Part shown: in pieces, positions 19,528 through 30,288 of the stretch | Position numbering within the stretch: position 1 is the first letter of the stretch | Layout of the letters: each line of letters begins with the position of its first letter | Source: a phage | Length of the DNA: 40,621 nucleotides | Sequence record: PX596819.2 | Reading direction: 5' to 3' (one strand) | The notes under the pieces: model-generated | What the model was told of the DNA's origin: nothing | What the model saw: the letters and a program-made list of their open reading frames with translations, nothing else | The model's database searches: none | Made by a program: the position numbers and the translations under genes

Positions 19528-21091
19528 CTTGAGCCATGTCCTCACCAGCTCCCTGACCTACAGCAGCACCCATGTTAGCGCCAGCAGCTGACGCACCGTT
19601 GACCACAGCTCCTTGAGCGGATTGTTCAGCCATGCGCTGAATCTTCTCGTCTTGCGTCAGGAGTAGGCCAGCGGTGTCAATACCAAGAGCGTTCAGGAGT
19701 CGCAGCTTAAGGGTTGGCAAGTTGATGTCAGGGTCCTGAGCTAGCGGCTGAAGACCAGTCATCATGTTAACCGCCTGAGTCAGCTTCTCCAAGTCCTGAC
19801 CACGACCTAACGCTTCCAGACCAGTGGAGACCGTAGGCTCTACCGCTTCTTTCGGAAGTTCAGGAATCATGCCAGCAGACTGAAGTTGGTTCATCAACAC
19901 ACGGACGATAGGTAACTGAAGCTCTTGTGATTGTACTGAGTACACGCCACCTAAGGTCGCCTCCAGTTCGCCAGCAACATAACGAATCTCTTCAGCAGTA
20001 ACTCGCTCAGCATTACGCTGAACAGCACTATTAAGAAGGAAGGCCCAGCCTAAACGTTGCTCGATAGCGTCAGCCACCGACTTGGCAATCGTAAAGTCCT
20101 GACCTTTCGTCAGTTGCAGGAAGTTGATGTCCTCGACGCGACCAGCCACGAACTCACCTGTGGCTGCCTTGTTCAGACGACGAGGCTGCGTGATGCCGTT
20201 CGGGTTAACGAGGCCAACCACCTTGGAGGCTACCTTAGCCATTTTGGTGATAGCTTCTGTAATCGTCTCCAGCGAGTTCAGGTCTCCCAGATACTCCTCG
20301 CAATAAGAACGACCATAGTCTTCACCATCCAGTCGAACCATTCGTACCGGGATGTATGGACATGCAGTCAGTGGGTAGGAACCCTCGGTCCCTGCTACCT
20401 CAATTCCTTCCACTTCCTCATAGCGTAGATACTCGTCGTCCTGACGGTAGATGTGCGTGTACACTTCCAGCTCTGTGTCAGGCTCATAGTCTTCTGCGTT
20501 GAGTTGAGACTTCACGTCTTCTGGTAGAGCACTAAACGCTACCTTGTCGAGAGTCACAATCTGTAAGACGTTACCGAAAGCATCACGTTGAACAACGTAG
20601 GACACTAAGCGGTACATTCGCATAGGACTGTAGGTTCCCTGTTCAGGCTCTGGAATGTAGAGCAGACAGTTACCGGAGACGATAAGCTGCTTCAGAGCTT
20701 CGAACAATGGGACACGGAAACTGTTAGTCTCCATGTAGGCCATCAATACACGCTCGACCATAGCAAGCCCTTCGTCAACACGAGCAGCAGCCTCTGAGTC
20801 CTGACTCAAGGTCTTGGCTTCATATTCTGAGACTGTCAGTCGCATCCACGGTGACTGAGGGAATAACGCCAACATCAGCTTTGCAGCTAAGTTGTTCAAA
20901 CAGCGAGCACCTACAGCTTGCCACGGCGTCACGTATTCCGTAGACGAGTTGTCGGACTCCTTAGGAAACAGTGACGGGATGGTAACGGCAGCACAGTTTT
21001 GTGCGCGGGTCTCGTAAGGCTGTCGTCCGTTCTTCAGTCTATCATAAACTGCCTTCGCTCCTTCAGCAGCAAACCCTTCACGTTCAGCCAT
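19523..21091 (-). CDS. gp8: Portal (head-tail connector, gp8)
   Basis: 522 aa vs 536 in T7; synteny. Confidence 0.9.
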   Translation of the reverse strand: MAEREGFAAEGAKAVYDRLKNGRQPYETRAQNCAAVTIPSLFPKESDNSSTEYVTPWQAVGARCLNNLAAKLMLALFPQSPWMRLTVSEYEAKTLSQDSEAAARVDEGLAMVERVLMAYMETNSFRVPLFEALKQLIVSGNCLLYIPEPEQGTYSPMRMYRLVSYVVQRDAFGNVLQIVTLDKVAFSALPEDVKSQLNAEDYEPDTELEVYTHIYRQDDEYLRYEEVEGIEVAGTEGSYPLTACPYIPVRMVRLDGEDYGRSYCEEYLGDLNSLETITEAITKMAKVASKVVGLVNPNGITQPRRLNKAATGEFVAGRVEDINFLQLTKGQDFTIAKSVADAIEQRLGWAFLLNSAVQRNAERVTAEEIRYVAGELEATLGGVYSVQSQELQLPIVRVLMNQLQSAGMIPELPKEAVEPTVSTGLEALGRGQDLEKLTQAVNMMTGLQPLAQDPDINLPTLKLRLLNALGIDTAGLLLTQDEKIQRMAEQSAQGAVVNGASAAGANMGAAVGQGAGEDMAQA

Positions 21092-21101
21092 TCGTCACCT
21101 C

Positions 21102-21350
21102 CTATATAGAAATACCGCCACCAGAGGAGCGAGAGACCTGAAGGCTACGCTTACCGGAACGCTTCACTTTCTTCTCGTCAGATGCGGTTGTTTCAATATC
21201 CACATCCTCAACTTTGTCGTTCGGTACTTCCACTGGTGCTGCTGGGGTCTGAGCCTCAACAACCTTAGGTGCATCGTCAGCTCCAAGACCAACGGTCCCT
21301 AGCGTACTTTTCACCACTTTCTTGAAGGCCTTACTGATTGATTTACCCAC
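21102..21350 (-). CDS. gp7.3: gp7.3-like virion / tail assembly protein
   Basis: 82 aa, basic N-terminus (MGKSISKAFKKVVK) and C-terminus ..RSSGGGISI; position before the portal gene. Confidence 0.6.
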   Translation of the reverse strand: MGKSISKAFKKVVKSTLGTVGLGADDAPKVVEAQTPAAPVEVPNDKVEDVDIETTASDEKKVKRSGKRSLQVSRSSGGGISI

Positions 21351-21765
21351 GATTAATCTCCTTGTTCGTGCTAACGCACTTTGTTGTTACGATGTCTACC
21401 GACCCAGAAACATGCTTGATACGAGAATACCAGCCAAGACCCCAACGCTTGCACTCTTCGTTTACGATGTGCCTGACAGTCTCAAGAACCTTGCGGGAGG
21501 ACTGCGAGTCACGACGAATAGCGACGATTGAAAGGTCAAGACCGGGAGTCGGTCGGTGCCAAGATGTGGTAGCCAGCATGTAGAGATACGCTACTGGTTG
21601 ACCTGAGACATCGTAGATTGTGTACTCTTCACCGTCGAACTCGTCAGCCATACGGTAAGTATGAACCTTGAAGTCCTCGAATGACTTGAAGTTAGACTGC
21701 CCGTCTTCCCAGAGGCGACAAGCGCACATGTGGCGACCTTCGCGTGAGTTGAGATATGGTAGCAT
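21343..21765 (-). CDS. Hypothetical protein at the gene 7 position
   Basis: 140 aa ORF between gp6.7 and gp7.3; assigned by position only. Confidence 0.45.
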   Translation of the reverse strand: MLPYLNSREGRHMCACRLWEDGQSNFKSFEDFKVHTYRMADEFDGEEYTIYDVSGQPVAYLYMLATTSWHRPTPGLDLSIVAIRRDSQSSRKVLETVRHIVNEECKRWGLGWYSRIKHVSGSVDIVTTKCVSTNKEINRG

Positions 21766-21769
21766 TGTC

Positions 21770-21994
21770 TTACCCCATGTTGACGCCAGAGGCTCGCATA
21801 GCGCGGCTAACTGACGATTTATCTTTAGGTGCAGACTCCTTCTTGACCTTCAGGTCTTTGATACCTTTGGTCTCGTTGGTGTCCACATCCGATTCAGCCC
21901 CGATGTCAACTGACGCAACTTCCTCACTCAGAGGTGCTGGTTCAGGTGCTTGGACCGAAGGCTTCGGAGTGCTAATCTTTGGACTGAAACACAT
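21770..21994 (-). CDS. gp6.7: gp6.7-like virion protein
   Basis: 74 aa starting MCFSPKISTPK, the same start as T7 gp6.7 (MCFSPKIKTPK); synteny. Confidence 0.75.
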   Translation of the reverse strand: MCFSPKISTPKPSVQAPEPAPLSEEVASVDIGAESDVDTNETKGIKDLKVKKESAPKDKSSVSRAMRASGVNMG

Positions 21995-22008
21995 AGTCCC
22001 TCCTACAG

Positions 22009-22281
22009 TTAATCGAACTGAACGGTATCTTTCAGCTCACGACGCATAGCAATCGCAGAGTCGAGAGTGTCCGAGCAATACTGGAGACCCTTGATGAACC
22101 CGGCGATGAACGCATCGCTATAGCCTTGCTGCTTTAGGAGACTGATAACTCCCATCTTCTCAGCGTAGCTTGCGTTGAACAGTACGTGCAGGAACTGGAT
22201 GGCAGACTGGGAGATGTTCGGGACATCAAGTCTTTCTTCCTGTAACTGCTTAACAACGTTTTCAATAGCATTAATCGCCAT
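22009..22281 (-). CDS. gp6.5: gp6.5-like protein
   Basis: 90 aa at the gene 6.5 position, directly downstream of a phage promoter. Confidence 0.6.
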   Translation of the reverse strand: MAINAIENVVKQLQEERLDVPNISQSAIQFLHVLFNASYAEKMGVISLLKQQGYSDAFIAGFIKGLQYCSDTLDSAIAMRRELKDTVQFD

Positions 22282-22342
22282 CTTGAATCTCCTCTTTAAG
22301 TTAAGACTAAAGTCTATCTTATAGTCATATCTTAGGTCCTAA

Positions 22343-22365
22343 AGTCCCTATAGTGATAGTTTAGT
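22343..22365 (-). promoter_or_regulatory. Phage RNAP promoter (phi6.5-like)
   Basis: Consensus match (minus strand ACTAAACTATCACTATAGGGACTTTAGG). Confidence 0.65.
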
Positions 22366-22414
22366 GTTTCACCTATGGATGACTGTTGGATTGATAGGAT
22401 ATGACTATCGGTTA

Positions 22415-22510
22415 GACTCAGTGTTTAGGGCGGTTGTTCGACTCGAACCACTTGTACATGCAGTAAAGGGCTAGAAGTCCGGCCCAGTAAATTACACGGA
22501 TGGTGTCCAC
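22415..22510 (-). CDS. Possible small hydrophobic ORF at the gene 6.3 position (about 31 aa, GTG start)
   Basis: AGGAGGT 6 nt upstream of GTG; overlaps the gene 6 stop; too short for the ORF track. Weak. Confidence 0.25.
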
Positions 22511-23361
22511 AGGATGACCTCCTTGGACTTAGGATCATAGTCAGATGCTCGACAAATACGAGCGACCTGAGCTTGGACCAGAAGTTCCTCCTCGGTCATT
22601 CCAGCTTTAGCAGCAAGAGTCACCATGCAGTCCCATAGCGTCATGTCTTCACGCTTTGGATACTTCTTCCACTCAGTCTTAATCTGGCCTTTGTTCCTAC
22701 CAGTCTTAAGCTCACGGCTCTCCTGCACGAAGTAGTATGGCTCGTCAAGGAATGCACGAGTGGTATCCTCACCCATCCCCGGAATCCCACCGTATCCATC
22801 TGTAGTGTCACCCTTGATGGTCTGCTCCATGTGCCAGTAGTCTGCCTCAGCAGTCGTATGGCTTAGAATTTCACCAGTGGTTAACCAGAAGAACTCACAG
22901 TTCGGGATAGTCTTAAAGTCCTTATCGCAGGACACCAGCACCGCATGGTCACAGCCCACAATCTGAGGTCGTGTCCCGATGATACCCATACAGTCATCAC
23001 CCTCAAGCGTAGGACGCAGGAAGCTGTTGAACCGTGGGTCAGCCATCACTTCTGCTACGAACTTCTTGTACCCTACAGGCTTGCGAGAACCTTTACGGTT
23101 GGCCTTATAGGTAGGAAGAACGTCCTTGCGCCAGTTAGCGTCATCAGTGAAGCACATCACAATCTTAGCGTCTTTCCATGCCTTACGCTTCTTAACGATT
23201 TCAGCGATGGTGTTCTCAAGGATACGACGAGCCTTGGCATGGTCGCAGATAATGGTCCAGATGTCATCACCCCAGTCTGTCTCGTCCTCGGCAGCAGCCA
23301 TAGATGAAAACACTAAGTAGTCACCATCCAGAACAAGAGCTATCTTCTTATTCGAAGTCAT
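22492..23361 (-). CDS. gp6: 5'-3' exonuclease (gp6)
   Basis: Track ORF is 300 aa (to 23394); motifs LVLDGDYLVF, CDHAKAR, PVGYKKF, DKDFKTIPNC, TEWKK resemble T7 gp6. Start placed at the internal ATG that overlaps the upstream stop (ATGA); may extend to 23394. Confidence 0.88.
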   Translation of the reverse strand: MTSNKKIALVLDGDYLVFSSMAAAEDETDWGDDIWTIICDHAKARRILENTIAEIVKKRKAWKDAKIVMCFTDDANWRKDVLPTYKANRKGSRKPVGYKKFVAEVMADPRFNSFLRPTLEGDDCMGIIGTRPQIVGCDHAVLVSCDKDFKTIPNCEFFWLTTGEILSHTTAEADYWHMEQTIKGDTTDGYGGIPGMGEDTTRAFLDEPYYFVQESRELKTGRNKGQIKTEWKKYPKREDMTLWDCMVTLAAKAGMTEEELLVQAQVARICRASDYDPKSKEVILWTPSV

Positions 23362-23486
23362 TCTTTCACCTCCTTGTTGCATTTGAGACACCACCAGTAT
23401 GAGCTACCAGCATATCCCTCCAGCATAGGATGTTGTCCACACTTTTTACACTTTAACCTAGATGCAAATAAACCTTTCAGGCTCAT
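23358..23486 (-). CDS. Small Cys4 zinc-ribbon protein at the gene 5.9 position
   Basis: CKKC-N17-CLKC; the 42-aa form starts at an ATG overlapping the gp5.7 stop and ends overlapping the gp6 start (ATGA at both ends). The track gives a longer 60-aa form to 23540. Confidence 0.45.
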   Translation of the reverse strand: MSLKGLFASRLKCKKCGQHPMLEGYAGSSYWWCLKCNKEVKE

Positions 23487-23692
23487 AGACAGCCTCCGTG
23501 TTGATTCAGGAACTTGGTGCCAGCAGCGGTAATCTCCCACGCACCATTGTTACGCCCATCCATAGACAGGCAGCTTAGATGTCCACGACTCGCAGCCTCA
23601 GCCACAAGTGCAGCGTTGTTGCGCACATAGTTGGACTGGAAGGTCTTCGGGCAGGACTTAAGGGCCGCTAGGACCCGTAAGTATTCACTCAT
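23483..23692 (-). CDS. gp5.7: gp5.7-like protein
   Basis: 69 aa starting MSEYLRVLAALK..FQSNYVRNNAALVAEAASRGH, as I recall for T7 gp5.7; synteny. Confidence 0.7.
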   Translation of the reverse strand: MSEYLRVLAALKSCPKTFQSNYVRNNAALVAEAASRGHLSCLSMDGRNNGAWEITAAGTKFLNQHGGCL

Positions 23693-23973
23693 TGCTTGAC
23701 CTCGAATCGCAGGTTGGACACGCCGAACTGGTGATCATCAAAGGCGTACATCAGCTCCTTCTTGACGTACTTCTTGACGGCAATCTCAATGGCAGACTCA
23801 GGGCCTGACTCGATTGCTGCTTTGACCATGGCAAACTGAAGTCCATCCAGCTTCTCACCCTCAGCGTAGGCTTTAGTAACCTCAGCCAATTGGCGACACA
23901 TGGTCTCTTCTTCTTTTGAGTTGACAACCATCTTCAGGTCGAAACTTACACGAATACGTTTAGTAATAGCCAT
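23689..23973 (-). CDS. gp5.5: gp5.5-like protein
   Basis: Track ORF starts at GTG (23991); I place the start at ATG 23973 (MAITKRIRVSFD), which overlaps the DNA polymerase stop as TAATG. Confidence 0.6.
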   Translation of the reverse strand: MAITKRIRVSFDLKMVVNSKEEETMCRQLAEVTKAYAEGEKLDGLQFAMVKAAIESGPESAIEIAVKKYVKKELMYAFDDHQFGVSNLRFEVKQ

Positions 23974-23975
23974 TA

Positions 23976-24128
23976 GTGACACTCCTTCCACGTTGGTCCA
24001 ATCTTACCTTCGGTATCAAGGACACATTTAAAGTTATAGAACTCACCCACCTTACGCATAGCAAGTTGAGCAATTTCGACTGTACGTTCTGCTATTTCTT
24101 GAGTACGACAAGCAATCTGTAACTCATC
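23976..24128 (-). CDS. gp5: DNA polymerase, 3' exon (C-terminal 51 aa: DELQIACRTQEIAERTVEIAQLAMRKVGEFYNFKCVLDTEGKIGPTWKECH)
   Basis: No start codon or RBS; translation continues the polymerase exactly where the upstream ORF stops, and resembles the T7 DNAP C-terminus (DEIQVGCRTEE...LDTEGKMGPNWAICH). Confidence 0.8.
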
Positions 24129-24728
24129 CTTTCTGTATTCTCCCATTACTGGAAGTGTCGGACTATATCATCAGTCTTTGAGGTGACTGTCTGGCGCTTC
24201 GGGTTACGTGGGAATCTCACCCACGGCCCTACTCCTTTCGGATAGTCTCTACGCCTTCCACTCTCTCTAATCCACCCACAGGCGGCTGAGAACGACACAT
24301 TGAATACTTCGGCTAACTTCGTTCCAGTACACCCAGTCTCTACCCAGTAGTCTCGTGCTTCTAGCTTCCTAGCAGCGTATCGCTCTTGGTTTGTCTTGAC
24401 TAAGTGTGAGTCCCGGTCTAATACTTGTAGATGTTCGACGTTGCAGCAAGCTCTATTATGACACTTGTGGTCTACTTCGAAACCTTCAGGTATTGGACCA
24501 TTAGCTTTAGTCCATAAAGTTCTATGATACATCTCTAGGACACCGTTAGTCCTCTTTCGGAAGTATCCATCCTGATTCAATTTATGTGACGTAGGGATTA
24601 TGCAGCCAGTCTCAGTGGCCTCAAGAATTAACTTCTTGCCTCTCATACATCCTCCCTATGGCTTGGCTCGGTATTGTCCCATTAGGAGTTCACCGAGTTC
24701 ACCAGATTTAATGTGCACCATGATGTTA
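24129..24728 (-). mobile_element. Intervening sequence (about 600 nt) in the DNA polymerase gene: putative group I intron carrying an HNH homing endonuclease ORF
   Basis: Polymerase reading frame is interrupted after ..AYMAWVH by an in-frame TAA and resumes at DELQ.. 600 nt downstream; the upstream exon ends in T and the insert ends in G (AAAG|GAT), as at group I intron boundaries; the insert encodes an HNH protein. Confidence 0.7.
24146..24646 (-). CDS. HNH homing endonuclease encoded inside the polymerase intervening sequence
   Basis: 166 aa with HNH motif EVDHKCHNRACCNVEHLQV and the upstream GYFRKR..YHRTLW..GPIP pattern typical of phage HNH endonucleases. Confidence 0.8.
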   Translation of the reverse strand: MRGKKLILEATETGCIIPTSHKLNQDGYFRKRTNGVLEMYHRTLWTKANGPIPEGFEVDHKCHNRACCNVEHLQVLDRDSHLVKTNQERYAARKLEARDYWVETGCTGTKLAEVFNVSFSAACGWIRESGRRRDYPKGVGPWVRFPRNPKRQTVTSKTDDIVRHFQ

Positions 24729-26744
24729 ATGCACCCATGCCATGTACGCGAAGTCTCCTTCCCAGCCGTGTACATACCCGGCCTCTTCGAGCATACGTTC
24801 AGTCTCAACAATCCAGTGCTTACAGACTACCGCACCATCACCTTGAAGTAAGGCGTTCAGTGCTGAGTGTGGAGACCGGATGTGAATGCGGCGACCGTCA
24901 AGTCCACGCAGCCAACGGCGTTTCCACTTAACGATGTTCTCTCCGTCAACCCACTTAGAGTCTGAGATTAACGTACTACTCACAGCTTCCCTGAGGTCCT
25001 TGATGGCTGGTGTACCCTCAATGAATTTCTTCATGAGAGCTGAACCTTCCTTCTTACCACCTCCTACTATCAGTCCAATCTTAGCGGCCCCTGCGCCATA
25101 CAGGAACGCATAGATGAACGTCTTAGCGTTGTTACGGAAAGCATCATGGTCGTGGTTAGACTTATCGCGTGGGACGTTAGGTGCTAACCCAGCGTTGACT
25201 GCGTTGGCCCAGTGGATGTCACCTTCGACCACAGTCTTCGCATAGTCACCACCATCAAACGGAGCCGCTCTGTTCCCCAGACAACGAAGCTCAAGACCTG
25301 AGGCATCCACACCTACTTGAATCCAAGGGTCTGGATTACCGTCCTTCTTGTTCCATGCTGCACCGAAAGCACCACGGCAAGTCTCACCATATGGAGCACC
25401 GTTAGCAGGGACCTGAGCCATGTTTGGTGAACTATGAGTAGCACGTCCGGTTACTGCCCCGCATGGGTTGATTGAACCATGCATACGTCCGTCTGGACCT
25501 ACAAGTTTCAACCATGCGTTCTTACCTTCAGCCGCCTGACCAATGCGCTTCTGGACTACCAGATACTCACGGACCAGCTCTACGCAAGCCTGAGCCTCTG
25601 CGTCTGGTAACTTAACGTGTTCTAACGTCTCGTCATCGACTACAGGTTTCCCGGTGTCAGTGAAGTCCACAGGCTCCCAACCACGCTCCATCAGAACTTT
25701 CGCTAAGTGGTCTCCGCTTCCCGGATTAAACTCAACGTAAGTGATAGGTGTGAACGGTGCTCCCTCCATCGTGTCTCGTGAGTCGAACTCACAAGGTTCC
25801 AGACCTAAGCGTTGAGCTTTGTTCTTCGGCTTCTTGAATACTGACCCGACCTTAGGATACACGACTCGCGGATACTTCGGAAGGTCCTTGCCTGTCCGTG
25901 GGTGCTTGAAGAACTCCTTGCCACCCTTCGGTGCATACCAGCTACCGAAAGTCGAACGCAGCTTGTCCAGCAGCTCTGCACGTTTGACGGTGAGTTCACG
26001 ATATAAGCCTTCGACCATCTCGGTGTTCATCGGGTAGCCGTTACGTTCCATCTTCGCACAGGTCCACGCAGCATCATGTTCCAGACGCAACGCATAAATC
26101 TGGTCGAAGGCGAACTGTTCAGACTGGAAGTAATACTTGTCAGTCAGGAACTTCTTGAACAACGCCAGTGTGACCACAACGTCTTGAACGTTATAGTCCA
26201 GCATCTCCTGAGACGGTAACAACCATTCGTCCCCAGCCTTATATTCGATACCTTCAGCCTTGCACTTGGCAACGTAATCGTGTTTGTATTCACCTTTCAT
26301 CTCACCAAGACGATAGCCCCAAGCCTCAAGAGACTGACGTCCCATCATCTTAGGTGGCAGACGACCAGCTTTCACCGCGCCCATGTCTGAGAACTTAATG
26401 TTTGGATACATCAAGCGCCCCAGCACCAAGGTATCAATCATCTTGTGTTTCGGGAAGTTAAAACGTTTCCCAAAGTACAGACGTTTCAGCTTGTCAATAG
26501 CAGGGACGTCATAGTTTATACCATTATGGAAGACAAGCATACCATCAGGTGATGCGGCAATCTCTTCCACTTTATGCACATACTCTTTGAAGCCACCGAC
26601 GATACCGACCATCGGAGCTACCCCATACTTAATGGTCTCATTCGACTCGGCGTTAATCAGGACCCCGCAGTGGAACTGGGAGACTGTATCAAGGAGACCG
26701 TTTGTCTCGATGTCAGAACACCAGATACTCTTAAGGTCAAACAT
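24729..26744 (-). CDS. gp5: DNA polymerase (family A, T7 gp5-like), 5' exon
   Basis: Strong resemblance to T7 DNAP throughout (DIETNGLL, FHCGV, MDYNVQDVVVT, KNKAQR, GRATHSSPNMAQVP, DASGLELRC, FAYMAWVH). Start placed at the internal ATG with GGAGGA 6 nt upstream (MFDLKSIW); the track ORF begins earlier at 26780. Confidence 0.93.
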
Positions 26745-26765
26745 GGTTAATCCTCCGTTTAGTCT

Positions 26766-26806
26766 AATCATAAAGGCCACTCGATGTGAATGACCTTGAG
26801 TCTAGA
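26766..26806 (-). other. Conserved hairpin motif (copy 2 of 3), candidate RNase III site (R4.7-like position)
   Basis: Same motif as at 3144 and 34998; lies between genes 4 and 5. Confidence 0.4.
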
Positions 26807-26807
26807 C

Positions 26808-26936
26808 CTAGAAGTCTGTACGCAAGAAGTGGTACATGAACTTACGGTTAGCCTTCTTCCATGCCTTAGAATCGAACCTATGGTCTCCCAGAATGTTGGA
26901 CAGGCAGGTTGCCTCATCGCTCCACCATTTGTACAT
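26808..26936 (-). CDS. Possible small ORF (about 42 aa) between primase-helicase and DNA polymerase
   Basis: ATG-initiated ORF MYKWWSDEATCLSNILGDHRF.. filling the intergenic gap; no clear RBS. Weak. Confidence 0.2.
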   Translation of the reverse strand: MYKWWSDEATCLSNILGDHRFDSKAWKKANRKFMYHFLRTDF

Positions 26937-26983
26937 GAACCGATGGTAGCGAGCTTTAAGTTTTCTTAGCAATGTACTCCTCC

Positions 26984-28687
<1,704 letters not shown>

Positions 28688-28734
28688 TCACTCCTTAATC
28701 ACAAATGCGAACAAAGGGACAGGACTCATGGTCC

Positions 28735-28757
28735 CATCCCTAAAGTGATAGTTTAGG
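28735..28757 (-). promoter_or_regulatory. Phage RNAP promoter variant (phi4-like) with CACTTTAGGG in place of CACTATAGGG
   Basis: Minus strand CCTAAACTATCACTTTAGGGATGGGAC upstream of gene 4; A-to-T change at -2. Confidence 0.5.
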
Positions 28758-28968
28758 CTTTGAAGAACTTAGACAACTGGTCAGCTTTGGTGTCAGCTTG
28801 ACGCGCCTTCATTCCAGCTTCCAGTGAAGCGATGGTCAGCTTGTCAGCCAGAGCAGCAGCATCAGCCGCACCATCAGCAGTCTTCTTTTCTACCTTTCGT
28901 TCCAGTACCGCAGCACGACGATAACCACGCACCACCAGACGACCAAGAAATTCTATGAGTTTAATCAT
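28753..28968 (-). CDS. Hypothetical small protein (gene 3.7/3.8 position)
   Basis: 71 aa ORF between lysozyme and primase-helicase; Ala/Lys-rich. Confidence 0.45.
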   Translation of the reverse strand: MIKLIEFLGRLVVRGYRRAAVLERKVEKKTADGAADAAALADKLTIASLEAGMKARQADTKADQLSKFFKA

Positions 28969-28992
28969 TGAGTTATTCTCCTTTAGAGTTTA

Positions 28993-29463
28993 TTAACCAC
29001 GGTCGGAAGTGACCAGTTCATTGGTAGACAGCCAGCGTTGCAAGTCGAAACTTGGGCACGCCTTAGGTGCTACGTCATGGTGTGCTTTGATTTCTGCCTG
29101 AGGATACAGGACCTTCAGGTCAGCCAGCTTGCTGCGCAGGGAGTTCATCTGGGCTGGAGTGAAGTTAGCTTCAAACTGACCCTTATCGTTGATTCCACCT
29201 ACAAGGCAGACGCCTACGGACTTGGAGTTCCAGTCCTTAACGTGTGACCCTACGACATTGACCGGGCGACCCTCTTCCACAGTACCATCTCGCTTGATGA
29301 TAAAGTGGTAGCCTGCGTCCAGCCATCCCTGCTGCTTGTGCCACATACGGATGGTATCTACCCCGATGTCCATCTCTGGCTTGGTAGCCGAACAGTGAAC
29401 GAAGATAGCGTCAGTTGACTTGCGTGGCATGAATTGTACTTTACTTCCCATTATTATTTCCAC
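28993..29463 (-). CDS. gp3.5: Lysozyme (N-acetylmuramoyl-L-alanine amidase; gp3.5-like, also the likely RNAP inhibitor)
   Basis: 156 aa; DAIFVHCSATKP, GYHFIIKRDGTVEEGR, GVCLVGGI, APKACPSFD, ending NELVTSDRG, all resembling T7 lysozyme. Confidence 0.93.
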   Translation of the reverse strand: MEIIMGSKVQFMPRKSTDAIFVHCSATKPEMDIGVDTIRMWHKQQGWLDAGYHFIIKRDGTVEEGRPVNVVGSHVKDWNSKSVGVCLVGGINDKGQFEANFTPAQMNSLRSKLADLKVLYPQAEIKAHHDVAPKACPSFDLQRWLSTNELVTSDRG

Positions 29464-29495
29464 CTCTTGTGGTTCCTGATTCGACTTATGGTTGT

Positions 29496-29834
29496 CTAAC
29501 TTACTGAGTATTTTTCAGCCATAAACTTAAGGGTCTCGCTTGAGGTGCGAATATCCCTAACGTCCTCTTCAGTTAGTTTTAAATTAAATGTCCTACATAC
29601 TGAGCAGTCCATCATGTTTTCTTCCTGAGTCCCCAGCTCAAGGTGCTCAATGTTTACGCATGCACGGTTATCACACTTGTGTCTTACGACAAGACCTCCC
29701 GGTATAGCACCATTGGTCTCTATCCAAGCGGCTCGATGAGCACCCATAGATTGGCCACGGAATTTACGTCTACCATAGCCATTCTTATTGCGACTATTAG
29801 TCCACTCGATGCAGTCACTTTCCATTGTAAACAA
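29496..29834 (-). CDS. HNH endonuclease (free-standing)
   Basis: CIEW..NGYGRR..AHRAAWIETNGAIPGGLVVRHKCDNRACVNIEHLELGT is a typical phage HNH pattern; C-terminal LTEEDVRDIR segment. Confidence 0.8.
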   Translation of the reverse strand: MFTMESDCIEWTNSRNKNGYGRRKFRGQSMGAHRAAWIETNGAIPGGLVVRHKCDNRACVNIEHLELGTQEENMMDCSVCRTFNLKLTEEDVRDIRTSSETLKFMAEKYSVS

Positions 29835-30288
29835 CTATCTCTACGACCACCAGATTCAGATGTGACTGGAAGCGCTGTGAGTCAGTCGTGTGCATCTGGA
29901 GACGCTTGTGGTTGAAGACGTGTGATTTGCTAATCTTCACGTAAACTTCGTCAGGCTTGCCGTGGACGATGAACGTCTGACCCACACCAATCTTGTCGAT
30001 TGTCAGGACTTCTCGTTTCACTGTCACAGGAGGTACACTCGAAGCTGGCAGGACCTGAGTTTTCTTCTCACCAGTGCGTTTCCCAGCATCAATAAACTTC
30101 AGGCGCTTACCATACATGGCAGTAATCCAACATTTTCCATCACGAGATATATCCCACAGACCTCCATCAGATGGGTTAGTTGTTTTGCATATATGGCGAA
30201 CGAAGACTTCTTGCCCCTCTTCGAAACCACAGCACACGCTTGTGCTCAAGTCGGACAGGTCAACGATTGTTGCTCTACGCGTCATCAC
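29815..30288 (-). CDS. Hypothetical protein (157 aa), lineage-specific insert between endonuclease I and the HNH/lysozyme genes
   Basis: Start abuts the gp3 stop; 20 nt overlap with the downstream HNH ORF; no motif I recognise. Confidence 0.45.
   Translation of the reverse strand: MMTRRATIVDLSDLSTSVCCGFEEGQEVFVRHICKTTNPSDGGLWDISRDGKCWITAMYGKRLKFIDAGKRTGEKKTQVLPASSVPPVTVKREVLTIDKIGVGQTFIVHGKPDEVYVKISKSHVFNHKRLQMHTTDSQRFQSHLNLVVVEIVVYNGK

Noticed and set aside
24146-24646. Interpreting the HNH ORF as an ordinary free-standing gene between genes 5 and 5.5
   Set aside because: The polymerase C-terminus is encoded downstream of it without a start codon, and the flanking nucleotides fit group I intron boundaries, so an intron-borne endonuclease is the better explanation (still to be verified).
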